NCBI RefSeq assembly: GCF_900232105.1
Contig: NZ_LT934425.1
Coordinates: 2,910,001 to 2,942,000 of the forward strand
Reading direction: 5' to 3'
Origin: Candidatus Kuenenia stuttgartensis
Lineage (GTDB): Bacteria; Planctomycetota; Brocadiia; Brocadiales; Brocadiaceae
Length of the DNA stretch: 32,000 bases
Under the pieces are notes generated by a model that saw nothing but the letters and a program-made list of their open reading frames with translations, had not been told where the DNA came from and did not search any database. Of this stretch, positions 29,302-32,000 are shown piece by piece (within the stretch, counting starts at the first letter, position 1; every line of letters begins with the position of its first letter). Made by a program: the position numbers and the translations under genes.

Positions 29302-29496
29302 AGTCTGCCTCCGTTCTTGCTCTTTAAATTCAAGTTGAAAAGATTTTTTACGATGGTGATCGTGTTGGCTTCGAATATGTTGAACTATTGCCTCTTCCGA
29401 TGATTTTCTCACGGAAAAAGCCCCATATCCATTCTGCCATTTTGGTGCTAACCACAAAATGCATTCCGAGAAATGTGAAGGTATCAGCCAAAACAA
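29302..29496 (-). pseudogene. RAYT/IS200-like Y1 transposase fragment fused in frame to the antitoxin ORF
   Basis: KWQNGYGAFSVRKSSEEAIVQHIRSQHDHHRKKSFQLEFKE matches the typical C-terminal region of REP-associated tyrosine transposases. Confidence 0.75.
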
Positions 29497-29783
29497 AACA
29501 TCTTTTTCTTTCGTCCCTTCGTGGCTTGATATTTTTTTCTCTTTTTTCAGAGGGCTTCACCCTCTGCTATATCCTTACGGCCTTTCGGGCCTATAAGAAC
29601 ACCTTTGTTTCGAGTAATTGCTCTCAGATAAACCCTGCGGCATTTTACAAATTACGGTTTAGGATTTCAGATTTACGCCATTTTCAATCTAAAATAACAA
29701 ATATTTTACAAGGTGAAATATTTTTGAAATAAACTAAATCAAGGGTTCAGGTTGCAAACACGTAAGAGTTTGAAACTTAAACC

Positions 29784-30227
29784 CTAACTAGGGAATAAAA
29801 AAGGTGTGAGATAAGTGTCACCATTTTGGCGCTTGAGAGGAAGGGATGTATTACCAGAAATGATAACGTCTTGAAAGCTGATAGTTGACGGATACAGGTA
29901 ATTTACCACCTTATTATGGAGAAACTTCTTTAGAGATTCGGAGTCTTCAACACCACAAAACTCACCCGCGATCTTATACCCCTGCGGAGACTTAATTTCT
30001 TCCACTCCAACAAGAAGGCACCCTCCCCATGTGTTTGCAAACTGAGCTATATCTCTGGCAGTTTCTTTTGCACTATTCGGGTTTTTCAAGGGAATCTCTT
30101 TTTTAAAATCCAATATGATAGATTCATGAGTTTTACCGAGTATGATGTATTTCTGAATATCATCCCACGAACGGATAGATAATGGCTTCTGATATTTAAG
30201 TTGCATGGATCGGTGGCTCCATTTCAA
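29784..30227 (-). CDS. AlbA_2/Schlafen AAA_4-like putative DNA-binding protein, possibly truncated
   Basis: ESIILDFKKEIPLKNPNSAKETARDIAQFANTWGGCLLVGVEE. Confidence 0.6.
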   Translation of the reverse strand: MKWSHRSMQLKYQKPLSIRSWDDIQKYIILGKTHESIILDFKKEIPLKNPNSAKETARDIAQFANTWGGCLLVGVEEIKSPQGYKIAGEFCGVEDSESLKKFLHNKVVNYLYPSTISFQDVIISGNTSLPLKRQNGDTYLTPFLFPS

Positions 30228-30666
30228 GGTTCCTCTGCATTAATACGAAACTTAAGGGACGTAAGAGACCATTCACCGAAAATCTGTATATATCAATATC
30301 TTCATATTTACTAACTATTCCTAAAATATTTTGCAGATATTATAACAAATTTTTAGATAAGTTGAAATCATCGTATGATAAATACGATTACCTAATTTTG
30401 ATATTTGAAATCATTTTCTTTCAATCTTTATCTCTGATTATCTGCTTTATATACTTTTATATATCGATCTTCCATACATGATAGCTTCTTATGTACTCTT
30501 TCTAAAAGCTGCACGTCTTTTTGTTGTGTAACGAAATATATTCCAGTGCCTTTGGATTTACCACACTCACCTTTTCCCATAATTCTGGTGACAGGGTAGT
30601 TTTTTGACTCCTCGTATACCCATAACCTCCGCCATCACGTCTAAACGGTTTCTCTGTAGTTTTAGG

Positions 30667-31149
30667 TTATTGTTTGTTTTTATGCATTGTACTTAGAATA
30701 TTATCTATAAATTTCTTGTCATTACTCGTGTTTACTTTTAACTCTATAAAATGATCAAATTCTACTTTTAAATGCTTTGATAATCCATTTTTGAAAAAAC
30801 CGCCTCCAACTATTTGTCCATAGCGCTTAACATCTTTAACCAGTACAACATAATCTTCATCGCTTGTAATAAGAAAGCCAATATCAAAATTCTGGTTAAA
30901 TGCATTAATTAACATTTCTCGGGTTAGAGCTATATCAACTCCTTTTTCTCGATCTCCGCGTTTCTTAAAAAGAACAGGTTCAAATCCTAAGCATCTCAAT
31001 TCTGTTTTTAGATTATTACCAATGTCTTCACTTCCTTTATAAGAGGAGAACCAGTAACGTCTAATTGTTATAGTATTAACATAGGGAGTAAACTCATCAC
31101 GTTGAAAAAAATTTGTTACAAATGCTTTTGTATATTTATCAATAATCAC
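30667..31149 (-). CDS. NYN (PIN-like) domain protein; N-terminus probably missing
   Basis: FKKRGDREKGVDIALTREMLINAFNQNFDIGFLITSDEDYVVLVKDVKRYGQIVGGGFF. The frame is open upstream of 31149, but the typical opening motif was not seen. Confidence 0.6.
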   Translation of the reverse strand: MIIDKYTKAFVTNFFQRDEFTPYVNTITIRRYWFSSYKGSEDIGNNLKTELRCLGFEPVLFKKRGDREKGVDIALTREMLINAFNQNFDIGFLITSDEDYVVLVKDVKRYGQIVGGGFFKNGLSKHLKVEFDHFIELKVNTSNDKKFIDNILSTMHKNKQ

Positions 31150-31347
31150 CTTGGAATATTCCAGAATTGCATTGGTAGGTTTCTCAACACAAGAAGGAAC
31201 CTTAATTTCTTTGCTTAGGGAGCGACCACAAATAACATGGTATTGTATAGTACCAATAGTATCGTTGCAGTGTCTTTGTGTATGTCACGGTAATAGCCGT
31301 TACAACTAGTAAATATAGGCATTGACACCCTCCAGCCATTATGATAA

Positions 31348-31391
31348 CATTAGGATTAAGTGGTATTTTATCCGGCGTATTAATCCTAATG
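31348..31391. promoter_or_regulatory. 12-bp perfect inverted repeat upstream of the ORF at 31400
   Basis: cattaggattaa (31348-31359) and ttaatcctaatg (31380-31391) separated by 20 nt; an outer pair tgacacc (31323-31329) / ggtgtca (31391-31397). Confidence 0.45.
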
Positions 31392-31399
31392 GTGTCATT

Positions 31400-32000
31400 A
31401 TGCGTTTAGCTAAGTATTCTCATCGCAAGCTCTTGGGACTATTCAGCAGGGATGTCGTTTTAACTCTGGACAGTATCAAAGAAGCTTTGGGAACGACTTC
31501 AAAAGCAACGGTTTTCAGGAAGCTAAAATCGCTCGGACATCGTGCGAGTTATTCCCATGCGGGCAAATACCATACACTGGATACACTTGCAAGCTATAAT
31601 AAATATGGCATTTGGAGTTTCAATCAAATATATTTTTCTCAACAAGGAAGTCTTGTAGATACTCTCGAGGCCATCATTAATAAATCCCAGGAAGGTTATT
31701 TTGCCTCGGAGCTTCAAACGCTGGTACATGTGCGAGTCTTTAATGCACTGACTCAATTAGTGGTATCTGGAAGGGTCTTGCGCGAGCAGATTGCCGGAGA
31801 ATATTTGTATATCTCCAAGGTGTTAGGTACGGATCAACTCGCCAGACGTAAACAGTCAATCATGTTGTGTGCTTGTAAGGAAGAAAAGGTATTAATTCCC
31901 GGCTTTGGGAGTGAAGTGGTTACGGATTGCCTGCAGACATTTCTTTCCATACTTGATGAAAGGCAGAAACGGCTTTATCTTGGTTTAGAATCAATGAAAC
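31400..32000 (+). CDS. Winged-helix/HTH protein, probable transposition-associated protein, partial at the right edge
   Basis: MRLAKYSHRKLLGLFSRDVVLTLDSIKEALGTTSKATVFRKLKSLGHRASYSHAGKYHTLDTLA...LSILDERQKRLYLGLESM. Open to the window end; the terminal LDERQKRLYLGLES resembles the start of ISAzo13-type transposases. Confidence 0.6.
   Translation, partial: MRLAKYSHRKLLGLFSRDVVLTLDSIKEALGTTSKATVFRKLKSLGHRASYSHAGKYHTLDTLASYNKYGIWSFNQIYFSQQGSLVDTLEAIINKSQEGYFASELQTLVHVRVFNALTQLVVSGRVLREQIAGEYLYISKVLGTDQLARRKQSIMLCACKEEKVLIPGFGSEVVTDCLQTFLSILDERQKRLYLGLESMK

Noticed and set aside
1-32000. CRISPR array, tRNA or rRNA genes
   Set aside because: No regularly spaced direct repeats and no recognisable tRNA or rRNA signature were seen by eye; a tRNAscan or Infernal run would be decisive.

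Overview
The window appears to come from an anammox planctomycete of the Kuenenia/Brocadiales type. On the + strand it carries the hydrazine synthase cluster: a beta-propeller subunit, a diheme subunit and the large alpha subunit (about 1860-6600). Further + strand genes are an 11-CXXCH NapC/NirT-like multiheme cytochrome c, aconitase, phosphatidylserine decarboxylase, riboflavin synthase, PdxA and RsmA. The - strand carries a small Hsp20 and an ABC exporter operon (one ATPase, two FtsX-like permeases). Much of the rest is mobile or decaying DNA. A group II intron splits dinB so that the two exons rejoin in frame; its reverse transcriptase has an in-frame TGA inside a short dispersed repeat. 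There is a degraded DDE transposase plus an internally deleted second copy of it, and a sigma-54 regulator pseudogene. A complete 1325-bp ISAzo13-like IS sits inside an approximately 981-bp tandem duplication. A 187-bp TA-flanked MITE-like element disrupts a mazF/pemK toxin gene and contains a REP-like palindrome, with a RAYT remnant nearby. The best candidate for something undescribed is a 39-aa small ORF present twice (MVENxLxKYEAPKIETYTDEELLEKLGPAHTHYGCRRNG). Each copy has a good Shine-Dalgarno and lies beside the ABC exporter operon. It resembles a RiPP precursor, but no maturase is visible in the window. All family names come from recognising protein motifs by eye; no database search was run.
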